Source: an uncultured Collinsella sp.
GTDB lineage: Bacteria > Actinomycetota > Coriobacteriia > Coriobacteriales > Coriobacteriaceae
Length of the DNA: 64,000 bases
Assembly (NCBI GenBank): GCA_958413455.1
Contig: CATYUU010000004.1
Span: 8-64,007, forward strand
Direction of reading: 5' to 3'
The notes beneath the pieces are model-generated. The model worked only from the letters and a program-made list of their open reading frames with translations. It did not search any database and was not told where the DNA came from. Made by a program: the position numbers and the translations under genes. Numbering within the stretch: the first letter of the stretch is position 1; each line of letters opens with the position of its first letter. Of this stretch, positions 20,889-30,277 are shown piece after piece.

Positions 20889-21437
20889 CTACTCGCACTC
20901 AGGAGCCATAGCCTGCTCCAAGAGCTCGGCATGCTCCTCCTCGAAAACCGTCCCCACAGGGAAGGCGCGACGGAAGACGAAGCGGGAAATCGGACCGGCT
21001 ACCAAAAGGTTCCACGGCAGCGCCATCACAAAATTATGCGGGATGTTGATCATCCAGATCGCGGGCACGGAATACAGGTTCGCAAGGATGCCGCCGGGCA
21101 TGTGCGTCAGACCCTCACAGGCACCGTACAGCGACATGATGATGACCATGGGAACGACCATGCAGGAGCTGACGGCGAGCGTCATGGCAAGTGGCGAGCT
21201 CTTGCCCGGCGTGACCAAGTACTTAAAGGCGAAACCCTTGGCGAGCGGGCTGGCGACGAACCAGTCGCAGCACATGGCAAAAATGTAGGCAACGGGGAAG
21301 CCGAGCCACGCAGCGGCAACGACCTCGCCGTTGATGGCCCCGTGCTGCAGGGCAACGTTGTAGATGCTCATCCAGAGCACCATGCAAAAGCACATGATAA
21401 AGGTGAACAGCAGGCTCTCTCGTTTGTTGATAGGCAT
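20889..21437 (-). CDS. Four-TM membrane protein (DUF2798-like)
   Basis: Hydrophobic helices; MPINKRESLLFTFIMCFCMVLWMSIYN and NFVMALPWNLLVAGP motifs; GAGAGG RBS. Confidence 0.7.
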   Translation of the reverse strand: MPINKRESLLFTFIMCFCMVLWMSIYNVALQHGAINGEVVAAAWLGFPVAYIFAMCCDWFVASPLAKGFAFKYLVTPGKSSPLAMTLAVSSCMVVPMVIIMSLYGACEGLTHMPGGILANLYSVPAIWMINIPHNFVMALPWNLLVAGPISRFVFRRAFPVGTVFEEEHAELLEQAMAPECE

Positions 21438-21647
21438 AAAGGGCAGATTCCTCTCTGTGTTGTGCCGCGGCGCCACGCAACAAAAACGGGCGGGCAAGAT
21501 GGAGCTGTTGGAACTTCATCTCGCCCGCCCGTGGTACGCGCGTCTGCGACTACTTATGTGGTGGAACCAGCCTAGCACGAAAACCCCGCGCTTCGTAAGC
21601 GTTGAGTTTATGAAGATGCAGGGCACCAATAATCCCCCGACCCCCTA

Positions 21648-21714
21648 AGTTGCGGTGGAATACGGACTGTTTTGACCCTTTAAGCAGCAATTCAGTCCCT
21701 ATTTCACCGCAACT
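21648..21714. repeat. 67-bp element with 22-bp imperfect terminal inverted repeats
   Basis: AGTTGCGGTGGAATACGGACTG (21648-21669) versus the reverse complement of 21693-21714, 2 mismatches. Confidence 0.6.
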
Positions 21715-21750
21715 CATTTGGTGCAAAGTAACCTGTCCCCCTTGCACCAA

Positions 21751-23319
21751 TTAGCTGGTGTGGCGCCAGCGAGGGTCGGTGAGCGTACGCGCCACACCCA
21801 GTCCAACGGGCAGAAACGCTACGATGAGCACTGCGCGCACAAACCAGCCGAGCATATTGACCGTGTCGAAGGTGCACATGTAATACATCGAGCGATACAG
21901 ATACAAGCCCGGCACCATAATGACAATCGAAGGCACCGTGAGGGCGATGCGCGGGTAGGTGAGCTTGACTTCAGCCAAGCTTGCGAGCAGCCCCGATACC
22001 AGCGCGCCGATAAACGCTGCTGCCTCGGGAGGCATTCCCGTGCTGAGGCCCAGGAAGGGAATCATCGTCGGCGCATCGACAAGGGTCAGACGCAGGGTAT
22101 TGGACACGGCGCCGATCAACCCAGCTGCCGCGGCCATCTTTACCGGGCTGTTGAACATCACCGAGAAGCCGAATACGCCAACGAAGCTCATCACCACGCG
22201 CAGGAGCGTAAGGGCAAGCGGCGAAAGGCCCAGTGGGGCAAAGTCGTCCGGCGCCAGGCCAACACACTCGGCAACCATCCAACCTACGAGGGTCGCCATC
22301 ACAATAATCGATACGGCATATGAAAGGCGCTCGATACCGCTTCGCATGTCGAGCTTAGCGATGTCGAGGCCTGCCGTAATGAGCGGAAAGCCGGGAATCA
22401 CAAAGAGCATGGCGCCGATATAGCCTTCTTGGTGCGACATTGCCCCCGGTATGACCTGGCCAAGGCCGAGCAATGCCAGCAGATACGAAACGCAAGCGAG
22501 CGCAACGCCGGTCGTCAGCGCGCTGAACTGACCAAGGCCTTGCTTGAGAATATGGGAGCGGGCAAAGTTGCCGACACCCGCGCCCACGAACGCGCAGGCC
22601 ATCTCGATAGGGCCGCCGCCGAGCAAAAAAACGAAGGCGCCACAGGCGCAGGCCGCCGCAAGGCCCTGTTGCCAAGGCGCGTAATCAGGTTTTGAACTCT
22701 CAACGGTCTTGAGCATCTCGTGATACTCGTGCACCGTGAAGCGACGACCATAGGTCTCGATTTCCTTGAGGAAACTCTCCATCATCCAAATGCGATGGGT
22801 ATTGACGCCCGTTGTGGGCAAGCTGACGACCTCATTAAAGCAGTGACCATCTTCGATGCAGGTGCACTCAAACGACAGAAGACTTAAGTCAACGTGGATG
22901 GTGACACCGAGTACGGCGGCAACACGATTCATGGTATCGCGCACGCGCCAGGCACCCGTTCCGCTTGCCAGCATAAGCATGCCGGTGCGGCAGATGATGG
23001 ATGATTTATCGGTGAGCGGCGCATCGACGGCAAGCTCATCGCCTGCCGTCACGATCTGGTGCCAGTCAGTTTTCATATGGAGCGCGCCGGCACGAACGCC
23101 GTGGTGCATGGGGGCTCTCGAAAGCAGCGAGTTAAGGCGCGAAGGCTGTGAGGGCTCCGCCGATTCGCCCTCGTCCTCGTCGGGCTCTTCATCGACCAGA
23201 TCAAAGGAATCAAGCGGCGCTGGCTCGCGACGGTCGATCAGCTCCTCGTCCTCATCATCAAAGTAATTGAACTGATCGAGCATGTCCTCTTCGATTGAAC
23301 GCTCGCTCGCGTCGTCCAT
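21751..23319 (-). CDS. Threonine/serine exporter family (ThrE) protein
   Basis: GTGAWRVRDTMNR, LFVIPGFPLITAGLD, VPSIVIMVPGL; about 10 TM segments. Confidence 0.85.
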   Translation of the reverse strand: MDDASERSIEEDMLDQFNYFDDEDEELIDRREPAPLDSFDLVDEEPDEDEGESAEPSQPSRLNSLLSRAPMHHGVRAGALHMKTDWHQIVTAGDELAVDAPLTDKSSIICRTGMLMLASGTGAWRVRDTMNRVAAVLGVTIHVDLSLLSFECTCIEDGHCFNEVVSLPTTGVNTHRIWMMESFLKEIETYGRRFTVHEYHEMLKTVESSKPDYAPWQQGLAAACACGAFVFLLGGGPIEMACAFVGAGVGNFARSHILKQGLGQFSALTTGVALACVSYLLALLGLGQVIPGAMSHQEGYIGAMLFVIPGFPLITAGLDIAKLDMRSGIERLSYAVSIIVMATLVGWMVAECVGLAPDDFAPLGLSPLALTLLRVVMSFVGVFGFSVMFNSPVKMAAAAGLIGAVSNTLRLTLVDAPTMIPFLGLSTGMPPEAAAFIGALVSGLLASLAEVKLTYPRIALTVPSIVIMVPGLYLYRSMYYMCTFDTVNMLGWFVRAVLIVAFLPVGLGVARTLTDPRWRHTS

Positions 23320-23540
23320 ATAGACGCTCCCTTCCTACCGACTAACCCCCATCCTAGGCAGCAACGGCTAAAGGAAACATAAAAGAGACGGCTGTCATGC
23401 GAGCCATGTGCTCAACAGCCGTTGGGCAGTCGTTTAAGAACGTCCCCAATGACTACATCGATGTTCTAAGTGTCAACCAAGTCAACGCCGCAGGTAGAGG
23501 ACGGACAGCGAGCGACGTCCAGGGCGAACAAGTTGGCATG

Positions 23541-23582
23541 AAAAAGGCAAGGCATAGACCTTCTGGTCATGCCTTGCCTTTT
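23541..23582. terminator. Bidirectional-type terminator downstream of lysS
   Basis: AAAAAGGCAAGGCAT...ATGCCTTGCCTTTTT. Confidence 0.7.
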
Positions 23583-23623
23583 GAATGACAAATTGTCGCC
23601 CTGGGCGGCGCGCAGCGTCAACT

Positions 23624-23745
23624 GGTTACGCGGGTTGGTAAACCCGCGTAACCACCTAGGTCGCGCCCTTGAAGTTGAACGTCAGATTGTCCAAATGCGG
23701 CCCGCGCAGCGTCGAGCCGTTACGCGGTTCGTAGAACCGCGTAAC
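23624..23745. repeat. Two REP-like palindromes GTTACGCGG-N-CCGCGTAAC
   Basis: 23624-23653 (13-bp arms, GGTA loop) and 23719-23745 (12-bp arms, GTA loop), both preceded by CGCGCAGCGTC. Confidence 0.75.
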
Positions 23746-23748
23746 AAG

Positions 23749-25713
23749 TTAGTACATCTTTGCGCCGGCGGGGATGGAAGCGTCAAGCTGGATCAGGTTG
23801 AGGCGCTCCTCGCCCTCCTCCTCGTGGACAGCGCTGATCAGCATGCCGCAGCTGGGAATACCCATCATCTTGCGCGGAGGCAGGTTGGTGATGGCGAGCA
23901 AGGTCTTGCCAACCAGGTCCTCGGGCTCGTAATAAGCGTGAATACCGGAGAGGATGGTGCGGTCGGTGCCGGTGCCGTCGTCGAGCGTAAAGTTCAGCAG
24001 CTTCTTGGACTTCTTGACGGCCTCGCATGCCTTGACCTTCACAGCGCGGAAGTCGCTCTTGGAGAAGGTATCAAAGTCGACGAACTCCTCAAACAGCGGC
24101 TCAACGGCGATCTTGGAGTAATCGAGCGTGGGCTTAAGCGACTTAACGAACGGGCTCGCGGCGTTGCCGGCCTCGGCAGCCTTGGCGGCAGCGGCACCGG
24201 ACTGGAAACCCTTCTCGGGCTTCATGTGCGGGAACAGCAGCACGTCGCGGATAGAAGCCTGGTTGGTGAGCAGCATGACCACGCGGTCGATACCAATGCC
24301 AATGCCACCCGCGGGAGGCATACCGTACTCGAGGGCGCGCACGTAGTCCTCGTCGTACTCCATGGCCTCGTCGTCACCGCCGGCCTTCTCGGCCATCTGG
24401 GCGGCAAAGCGCTCGGCCTGGTCGACCGGGTCGTTGAGCTCGGAGAACGCGTTGGCGTACTCGTGACCGGCAATAACCAGCTCAAAGCGGTGCGTCAGGC
24501 GCGGGTCGTCCTCAAAACGCTTGGCAAGCGGGCTGACCTCGATGGGGTAATCGCACACGAAGGTCGGGTTGACGATGGTGTCCTCGCCCAGCTCATCGTA
24601 GATCTCGGCGATAATCTTGCCGGCGGTCCACTCGGGCTTAATCTCCAGGCCCTTCTCGCGCGCGGCGGCAGCAAGCTCCTCGACCGGCGTGTCGATGGTG
24701 ACCTGCTTGCCGAGCACGTCGGAGACGATGTCGGTCATGGGACGGCTGGCCCACTCACCAGAAAGGTCGATGGTCTGGCCCTGGTACTCGATGACCTCGG
24801 GGTTGCCGATGGCCTTGTTAGCCGCCTTAATGACACCCTGGGCGAGCGCCTTCATGCCCTCGAGGTCGGAGAAGGCACGGTAGGCCTCCATCGTGGTGAA
24901 CTCGGGGTTGTGGGTGAGGTCCATGCCCTCGTTACGGAAGATGCGGCCGATCTCGAACACGCGCTCAAAACCACCGACGATGCAGCGCTTGAGGTGCAGC
25001 TCGGTGGCAATACGCAGGTAGCACTCCTGATCGAGCGCGTTGAAGTGGGTAATGAACGGCTTGGCCGTGGCACCGCCCTGGATGGTCTGCAGGATGGGGG
25101 TCTCGACCTCCATGTAGCCGTCGGACTCCATAAAGCGACGGAAGGTGGAGAGAATCTGCGAACGCTTACGGAAGGTCTCGCGAACGTCGTCGTTGGCGAT
25201 CAGGTCGACATAGCGCTGGCGATAGCGGGTCTCCTTATCGGAAAGACCGTGGAACTTCTCGGGCAGCGGACGAACGGCCTTGGCAAGCAGGGTCGCGCTC
25301 TTAGGGGCAACGGAAAGCTGGCCGCGCTGGGTACGCACGACCACGCCGGTCACGCCCAGGATATCGCCCAGGTCGAGGGCCTTGAGCGTATTCCAGGCAG
25401 CCTCGTCCATGTCGTTGATGCGGCAGAACAGCTGAATCTCGGCAGTCGCATCGCGCACGACGATGAACATGATCTTGCCCTGACCGCGCTTGGCGACCAC
25501 ACGGCCGGCGATCTTCACGACATCCTCGGTGTCCTCACCATCGGCAAGATCGGCGTACTTAGTCTCGATATCGGCGACGTAGTCCTCAAGCTCAGAGTGC
25601 TCAGGATAGGGGTTCTGGCCCGCCTCGAACAGGGCGGCGCGCTTGGCCAGGCGGGTGGCGCGCTCGTCGTTGAGCGTCGATGCCTGATCGGCGGCGTTCT
25701 GGTTCTCTGCCAT
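23749..25713 (-). CDS. lysS: Lysine--tRNA ligase (class II) with C-terminal tRNA-binding (Trbp111/MetRS-C) domain
   Basis: YRQRYVDL, YLRIATELHLKR, FRNEG, YGMPPAGGIGIGIDR; C-terminal DFRAVKV...NLPPRKMMGIPSCGML. Confidence 0.97.
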   Translation of the reverse strand: MAENQNAADQASTLNDERATRLAKRAALFEAGQNPYPEHSELEDYVADIETKYADLADGEDTEDVVKIAGRVVAKRGQGKIMFIVVRDATAEIQLFCRINDMDEAAWNTLKALDLGDILGVTGVVVRTQRGQLSVAPKSATLLAKAVRPLPEKFHGLSDKETRYRQRYVDLIANDDVRETFRKRSQILSTFRRFMESDGYMEVETPILQTIQGGATAKPFITHFNALDQECYLRIATELHLKRCIVGGFERVFEIGRIFRNEGMDLTHNPEFTTMEAYRAFSDLEGMKALAQGVIKAANKAIGNPEVIEYQGQTIDLSGEWASRPMTDIVSDVLGKQVTIDTPVEELAAAAREKGLEIKPEWTAGKIIAEIYDELGEDTIVNPTFVCDYPIEVSPLAKRFEDDPRLTHRFELVIAGHEYANAFSELNDPVDQAERFAAQMAEKAGGDDEAMEYDEDYVRALEYGMPPAGGIGIGIDRVVMLLTNQASIRDVLLFPHMKPEKGFQSGAAAAKAAEAGNAASPFVKSLKPTLDYSKIAVEPLFEEFVDFDTFSKSDFRAVKVKACEAVKKSKKLLNFTLDDGTGTDRTILSGIHAYYEPEDLVGKTLLAITNLPPRKMMGIPSCGMLISAVHEEEGEERLNLIQLDASIPAGAKMY

Positions 25714-25792
25714 AAGTTAGCTCCTCAAACTAAAACGCTCCCCAGGATTCGGTCCCAGGGAGCGAAAACATACCTTTACGCGGGACCGTGGT

Positions 25793-26263
25793 CTAGCGTG
25801 CGATCTTGGCGATGGTGTAGACGCGAGTCTTGCCGGAAGGCGTAACGACCTCGACGGAGTCGCCCTCGCCGTGACCAATGATGGCGTGACCGACCGGAGA
25901 CTCGTTGGAAATCTTGTGCTCGAGCGAGTTGGTCTCGGTGGTACCGACGAGCGTGACTTCCATGACCTCGCCGTTGGGATCAATCAGCGAAACGGTGGAA
26001 CCGATGGAGACGGTCAGGTCGCCCGTGGTGGCAGCAACCTGAGCGTTGGCGAGGATGGCCTGGATCTCGGCGATACGAGCGGCGTTCTGGGCCTGCTTGT
26101 CCTTAGCGGCGTCGTACTCGGAGTTCTCCGAAAGGTCGCCGAACGCGCGGGCTTCCTTGATGTCCTCGACGATCTCCTTGGCGTAATCGCCCTCACGCCA
26201 GGCGAGCTCCTCGACGAGCTTCTGGCGGCCCTCAGCGGTCAGTACGATCTGGCTTGCGTCCAT
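25793..26263 (-). CDS. greA: Transcription elongation factor GreA
   Basis: FGDLSENSEYDAAK, ISNESPVG. Confidence 0.95.
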   Translation of the reverse strand: MDASQIVLTAEGRQKLVEELAWREGDYAKEIVEDIKEARAFGDLSENSEYDAAKDKQAQNAARIAEIQAILANAQVAATTGDLTVSIGSTVSLIDPNGEVMEVTLVGTTETNSLEHKISNESPVGHAIIGHGEGDSVEVVTPSGKTRVYTIAKIAR

Positions 26264-26369
26264 ACGGATATCTCCCCAACTCTGATCAAACAATCAACTG
26301 TCAACAAAACGAAAAAGACCGGCTAGCCTGCGGGCAAGCCGGTCAGGTGCTCACCCCAAAGGGATGGGA

Positions 26370-26645
26370 CTACTCTGCGTCCGCGTCGCTGTCCTCTGCC
26401 TGCTTCTTCTTGGCAGCAGCGAGCTTGGCCTCGAGCTCAGCGATCTCCTTGTCCTCCTCGGACTGCTCGACCACGACCTCCTCGGCCTGCTTGGTCTCGG
26501 CCTTATCGTCGCCCTCCATACCCTCACGAATATTCTTGACGGTAGAGCCGAGGGACTTGCCGAGCTTCGGCAGGTTCTTGGGCCCGAAGATAATCAGGAC
26601 AACGACGAGAATAATGATGAGCTCAGGAGCCCTCAGTCCAAACAT
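26370..26645 (-). CDS. tatA: Twin-arginine translocase TatA
   Basis: MFGLRAPELIIILVVVLIIFGPKNLPKLG; GGAGG RBS. Confidence 0.9.
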   Translation of the reverse strand: MFGLRAPELIIILVVVLIIFGPKNLPKLGKSLGSTVKNIREGMEGDDKAETKQAEEVVVEQSEEDKEIAELEAKLAAAKKKQAEDSDADAE

Positions 26646-26718
26646 GTAGACCTCCACAATACAGCGAGACAAGCTCGAATGAGTATACCGCGGGTATCGC
26701 GGTATCACAACACTAGCT

Positions 26719-26747
26719 AAAAAAAGGGACCGCAAGAAGCGGTCCCT
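26719..26747 (-). terminator. Terminator after tRNA-Pro
   Basis: AGGGACCGC/GCGGTCCCT stem followed by a T-tract on the minus strand. Confidence 0.7.
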
Positions 26748-26757
26748 CCTCATGCTC

Positions 26758-26834
26758 TGGTCGGGTTGACTGGATTTGAACCAGCGACCCCTGCGTCCCG
26801 AACGCAGTGCTCTACCAAACTGAGCCACAACCCG
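26758..26834 (-). tRNA. tRNA-Pro(CGG)
   Basis: Reverse complement CGGGTTGTGGCTCAGTTTGGTAGAGCACTGCGTTCGGGACGCAGGGGTCGCTGGTTCAAATCCAGTCAACCCGACCA folds as a cloverleaf; anticodon CGG; encoded CCA. Confidence 0.96.
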
Positions 26835-26883
26835 TTAGCTCGACTATAGTAACAAAGATTTTCGCCGCGTGCTAGAGAAATTA

Positions 26884-27780
26884 TTATTTCTTTGGCGCAT
26901 CGATTTGAACCGTGTTGGGAATAAGCTCAGTCGCGCAGGCCCACCAGCCATTTTGCTGGGCAGCATCGGCAAGCCTTTCGGCCGTGGCAGCGGTGTCGCA
27001 AATGGCAAACGAGCAGGCACCCGATCCGCACACATCTACAGCAACGGTTCCGTCCTGTTTACGCAGCCAGTCGAGGACCGTTTGAATCTGCGACTCCATC
27101 TGTGCGGAAATGACACCAAGGTTGTTATGGATGAGTGCATATGCCGTCTCGGCATCACCAGCACGCAAGGCAGAAGCTATCGCGCCGGGCTTGTCCGCAG
27201 GCACCGGGGCCTCGTCAAAACGTCGATAGGCTTCAATTGTCGAAACGCTTGCCTCGCGCGGCTTGACCAGCACGACGGGCGTCGCGGGCAGCGCGGGGCA
27301 CTCAGTTGCCAGCACGTCTCCCCCACCTACGTAGAACGCAGGACTCGCGTGCAAAAAGAACGGGACGTCAGCACCAATGCCCCGCGCAATGTCATCGAGC
27401 GCTGGGTCGGTGCGATCAATGCCCCAGAGCTCTGCCAAGGCGACAATGACCGCGGCCGCATCCGTCGAGGGGCCGCCCAAGCCGGCGCACAATGGAATGC
27501 GCTTCTCAATCGTCACGCAGATGTTTGCCTCGCGACCATAATGCTCGGCCATAGCAACCGCAACCCGATACGCCGTATTCTTTTGCATGGGAAAATCTGA
27601 TGCCGGAACCGTCTGGACGGTCAGCGCCTGCGCCGGCGTGACCGTCACGGTATCGGAAAGACCGACGGCCGTCATCAGGGAATCGACCCTGTGGTAGCCG
27701 CGGTCATCGCGCTCGGTATGAACCCCCAGGTAGAGGTTAATCTTTGCCGGCGCGGAAAGAGTCAGGGACCGATCGGTCAC
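26884..27780 (-). CDS. ispE: 4-diphosphocytidyl-2-C-methyl-D-erythritol kinase
   Basis: APAKINLYL, KRIPLCAGLGGPSTDAA, GADVPFF, GSGAC. Confidence 0.93.
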   Translation of the reverse strand: MTDRSLTLSAPAKINLYLGVHTERDDRGYHRVDSLMTAVGLSDTVTVTPAQALTVQTVPASDFPMQKNTAYRVAVAMAEHYGREANICVTIEKRIPLCAGLGGPSTDAAAVIVALAELWGIDRTDPALDDIARGIGADVPFFLHASPAFYVGGGDVLATECPALPATPVVLVKPREASVSTIEAYRRFDEAPVPADKPGAIASALRAGDAETAYALIHNNLGVISAQMESQIQTVLDWLRKQDGTVAVDVCGSGACSFAICDTAATAERLADAAQQNGWWACATELIPNTVQIDAPKK

Positions 27781-27782
27781 CG

Positions 27783-28079
27783 TTAATGCTCCTCGAGCTG
27801 ATTGCCGAGCGGGGTAAAGATATGCTCGCCGCTCTCGGGGTCGAACAGCTCGACCTGACCGGTGAGCACATCGATATACTGGTAGGACTGACGCGACTTG
27901 CGGCCACGACGCTCGTCAACCTCGACAATGAAGACGGCCGGGTGGACGCTCTTGATGGTGCCCATGCGCTCGACGACGCGGGTACGGCCCATGTTGGCCT
28001 TAACCTTGACGCGATCGCCCACCATATCGGTCAGCTTCTCGTGGATGTCGTCGACGTGATTGACTTCCATCTCTTCCAT
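27783..28079 (-). CDS. veg: Veg-family protein
   Basis: VKVKANMGR...HPAVFIVEV...SYQYIDVLT; conserved position upstream of ispE. Confidence 0.8.
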   Translation of the reverse strand: MEEMEVNHVDDIHEKLTDMVGDRVKVKANMGRTRVVERMGTIKSVHPAVFIVEVDERRGRKSRQSYQYIDVLTGQVELFDPESGEHIFTPLGNQLEEH

Positions 28080-28234
28080 GAACAGGGCCTCCAGAAGGTG
28101 CAATTCAAAAAGGGGATAATACCCCTAAGATAGACAAAACTCTAATACTATAGCACCCTGTTGTGGCCATACGCAAGTAGCTAAAAAAGCCCGGTCTCGA
28201 ATACGTACCAGACGACAATCTCGCATGACCAGTT

Positions 28235-28262
28235 GTTACGCGGTTTGGTAAAACCGCGTAAC
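28235..28262. repeat. Third REP-like palindrome
   Basis: GTTACGCGGTTT-GGTA-AAACCGCGTAAC immediately after the dtd stop. Confidence 0.75.
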
Positions 28263-28709
28263 CTAAAGGTTATCGGTGTCCAAGACGATGGTGAATGGGC
28301 CGTCGTTGACAAGATCGACTTTCATATCGGCGCCAAAGATGCCGTGCGCCACGTGTTCGACATCTTGGCGAACGAGCGTCAGGAAGTACTCGTAGAGCTC
28401 GTTGGCAACATCGGGCGCGCCGGCATCCGTAAACGATGGGCGGCGACCGTGGCGGCAGTCAGCGAACAGCGTGAACTGCGACACCACGAGCACCTCACCG
28501 TCGACATCGGCAAGCGCCAAGTTGGTCTTGCCGTTCTCGTCCTCGTTGATGCGCAGCCCGCGGAGCTTGCCCCACAGCTTATCGGCCTCGGCACGCGTAT
28601 CGCCATGGCCCGCACCCAGCAGCACCAGGTAGCCGCGTCCAATGCGGCCCACGCACTCGCCGTCGACCGTCACGCCGGCGTTGAGTACGCGCTGCACCAC
28701 CGCACGCAC
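28263..28709 (-). CDS. dtd: D-aminoacyl-tRNA deacylase
   Basis: MRAVVQRV, SQFTL, GRRPSF, NDGPFT. Confidence 0.95.
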   Translation of the reverse strand: MRAVVQRVLNAGVTVDGECVGRIGRGYLVLLGAGHGDTRAEADKLWGKLRGLRINEDENGKTNLALADVDGEVLVVSQFTLFADCRHGRRPSFTDAGAPDVANELYEYFLTLVRQDVEHVAHGIFGADMKVDLVNDGPFTIVLDTDNL

Positions 28710-28712
28710 GGC

Positions 28713-29354
28713 CTACTCCTCGCCCGTCAGTTTGGCGGATAGGTGCTCGAGCGCATGGAATCGATGGCTGATGGCGTTCTTCTCGTCCGCCGTCAGCTCG
28801 GCCATGGTCTTGCCCGGCGTGTCGACCGGCAGGAACAGCGGGTCGTAGCCAAAGCCGTGATCGCCGCGGCCCTCGTGCGCGATAACGCCCTCGCAGGCGC
28901 CCTCACCATAGGTGACCAGACCATCCGTGTCGATGAGCGCGACGACACTCATAAAACGCGCGGTGCGATCCTCGTCTGCCACGGCTTCCAAGTTAACGAG
29001 CAGCTTGGCGTTGTTGGCGGCATCGTCGCCATGCACGCCCGCATAGCGCGCGCTATACACGCCCGGCTCGCCGTCCAGGGCATCAACGACCAAGCCCGAA
29101 TCGTCGGCAATGGCCATGAGCCCCGTCTCCTCGACGGCAGCCTGCGCCTTGATGATGGCGTTCTCCAAAAACGTCGTGCCGTTTTCCTCGGGGTCCTCAA
29201 AATCGCCCAGCTGGCCGAGCGCCACAAAGCGCACCTCGGGCATGACCTTGCCCAAAATGGCCTCGATCTCGGTGAGCTTATGAGCGTTTCCGGTTGCCAC
29301 GACGATGGTCGCCGCCGGGTCGAGGGTGTCGATGTCGATCTTCTCAAGTGCCAT
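28713..29354 (-). CDS. rdgB: Non-canonical purine NTP pyrophosphatase RdgB
   Basis: ATGNAHKLTE, ADDSGL, PGVYSARY, GFGYDPLF, KNAISHR. Confidence 0.93.
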   Translation of the reverse strand: MALEKIDIDTLDPAATIVVATGNAHKLTEIEAILGKVMPEVRFVALGQLGDFEDPEENGTTFLENAIIKAQAAVEETGLMAIADDSGLVVDALDGEPGVYSARYAGVHGDDAANNAKLLVNLEAVADEDRTARFMSVVALIDTDGLVTYGEGACEGVIAHEGRGDHGFGYDPLFLPVDTPGKTMAELTADEKNAISHRFHALEHLSAKLTGEE

Positions 29355-29497
29355 AACTGGCCTCCTTGTCTCTATAGCAATGCCGCGCCGAGGGCGACGA
29401 GGGCCTCTGCCTCTCCCCTCTCAATCAACGGCAGTCTTGTGTCTAGACGTCTCCGCAGATGAAACCTACCAAAATAAACCTGTCCCTTTTTGGCAGG

Positions 29498-30223
29498 TTA
29501 GGCGAGGGCTTGGCGCTGGAGCTCGATGAGCTCGGCGATGCCTTTGTCGCCCAGGTCGAGCAGGGCGTTGAGGCGTTTGCGGTCAAAGGGCGCCTGCTCG
29601 CCGGTGCCCTGGAGCTCGATCATCTCACCGGTGTCGGTAGCGACGAGGTTCATGTCGACCTCGGCATGGCTGTCCTCGGAATAATCGAGGTCAAGCAGCG
29701 TATTGCCGTCGACAACGCCCATGGAGATGGCAGCCACCTGGCCGATAAGCGGGATGCGCTCGATCTTTCCCGCCTCGACCCACATGGCGAGGGCGTCGTG
29801 CAGCGCCACCCAGGCGCCGGTGATGCTCGCTGTACGCGTGCCGCCATCGGCCTGAATCACATCGCAGTCGACGGTGACGGTGTACTCGCCGAGCGCCTTC
29901 ATGTTGACGACGGTACGCAGGCTGCGGCCAATGAGGCGCTCGATCTCCATGGAGCGACCCTTGCGGTTGGCGTGCTCGCGTTTGCAACGTTTGCCGGTCG
30001 ACGCCGGCAGCATGGCGTATTCCGCGGTCACCCAGCCGGCCTTAGCTCCCTTTCGCCAGCCCGGCACGCCCTCCTCGATAGTGGCGGCGCACAGCACGCG
30101 CGTGTCGCCGAACTCGGCCAAACACGAGCCGTGGGCGTGCTTCATGACGCTACGGGTGAGCTTAACGGGGCGCAACTCGTTGGCGGCGCGACCGTTAGCG
30201 CGGTTGACCTGCATGTACTCCAT
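29498..30223 (-). CDS. rph: Ribonuclease PH
   Basis: [42 protein letters not shown]. Confidence 0.96.
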   Translation of the reverse strand: MEYMQVNRANGRAANELRPVKLTRSVMKHAHGSCLAEFGDTRVLCAATIEEGVPGWRKGAKAGWVTAEYAMLPASTGKRCKREHANRKGRSMEIERLIGRSLRTVVNMKALGEYTVTVDCDVIQADGGTRTASITGAWVALHDALAMWVEAGKIERIPLIGQVAAISMGVVDGNTLLDLDYSEDSHAEVDMNLVATDTGEMIELQGTGEQAPFDRKRLNALLDLGDKGIAELIELQRQALA

Positions 30224-30277
30224 AGAAATATCCTTTCGGCAAAAGATGTGGCGAAGGCCTTGACGGCTGCCTTACAT

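Noticed and set aside
12585..25845. Very long plus-strand ORFs (12585-15020, 16051-18630, 23569-25845; likewise 3312-4871, 10121-11527, 34019-35833)
   Set aside because: Antisense shadows of clpC, the activase, lysS, cysS, pepD and asnB caused by high GC3 codon bias; no recognisable motifs
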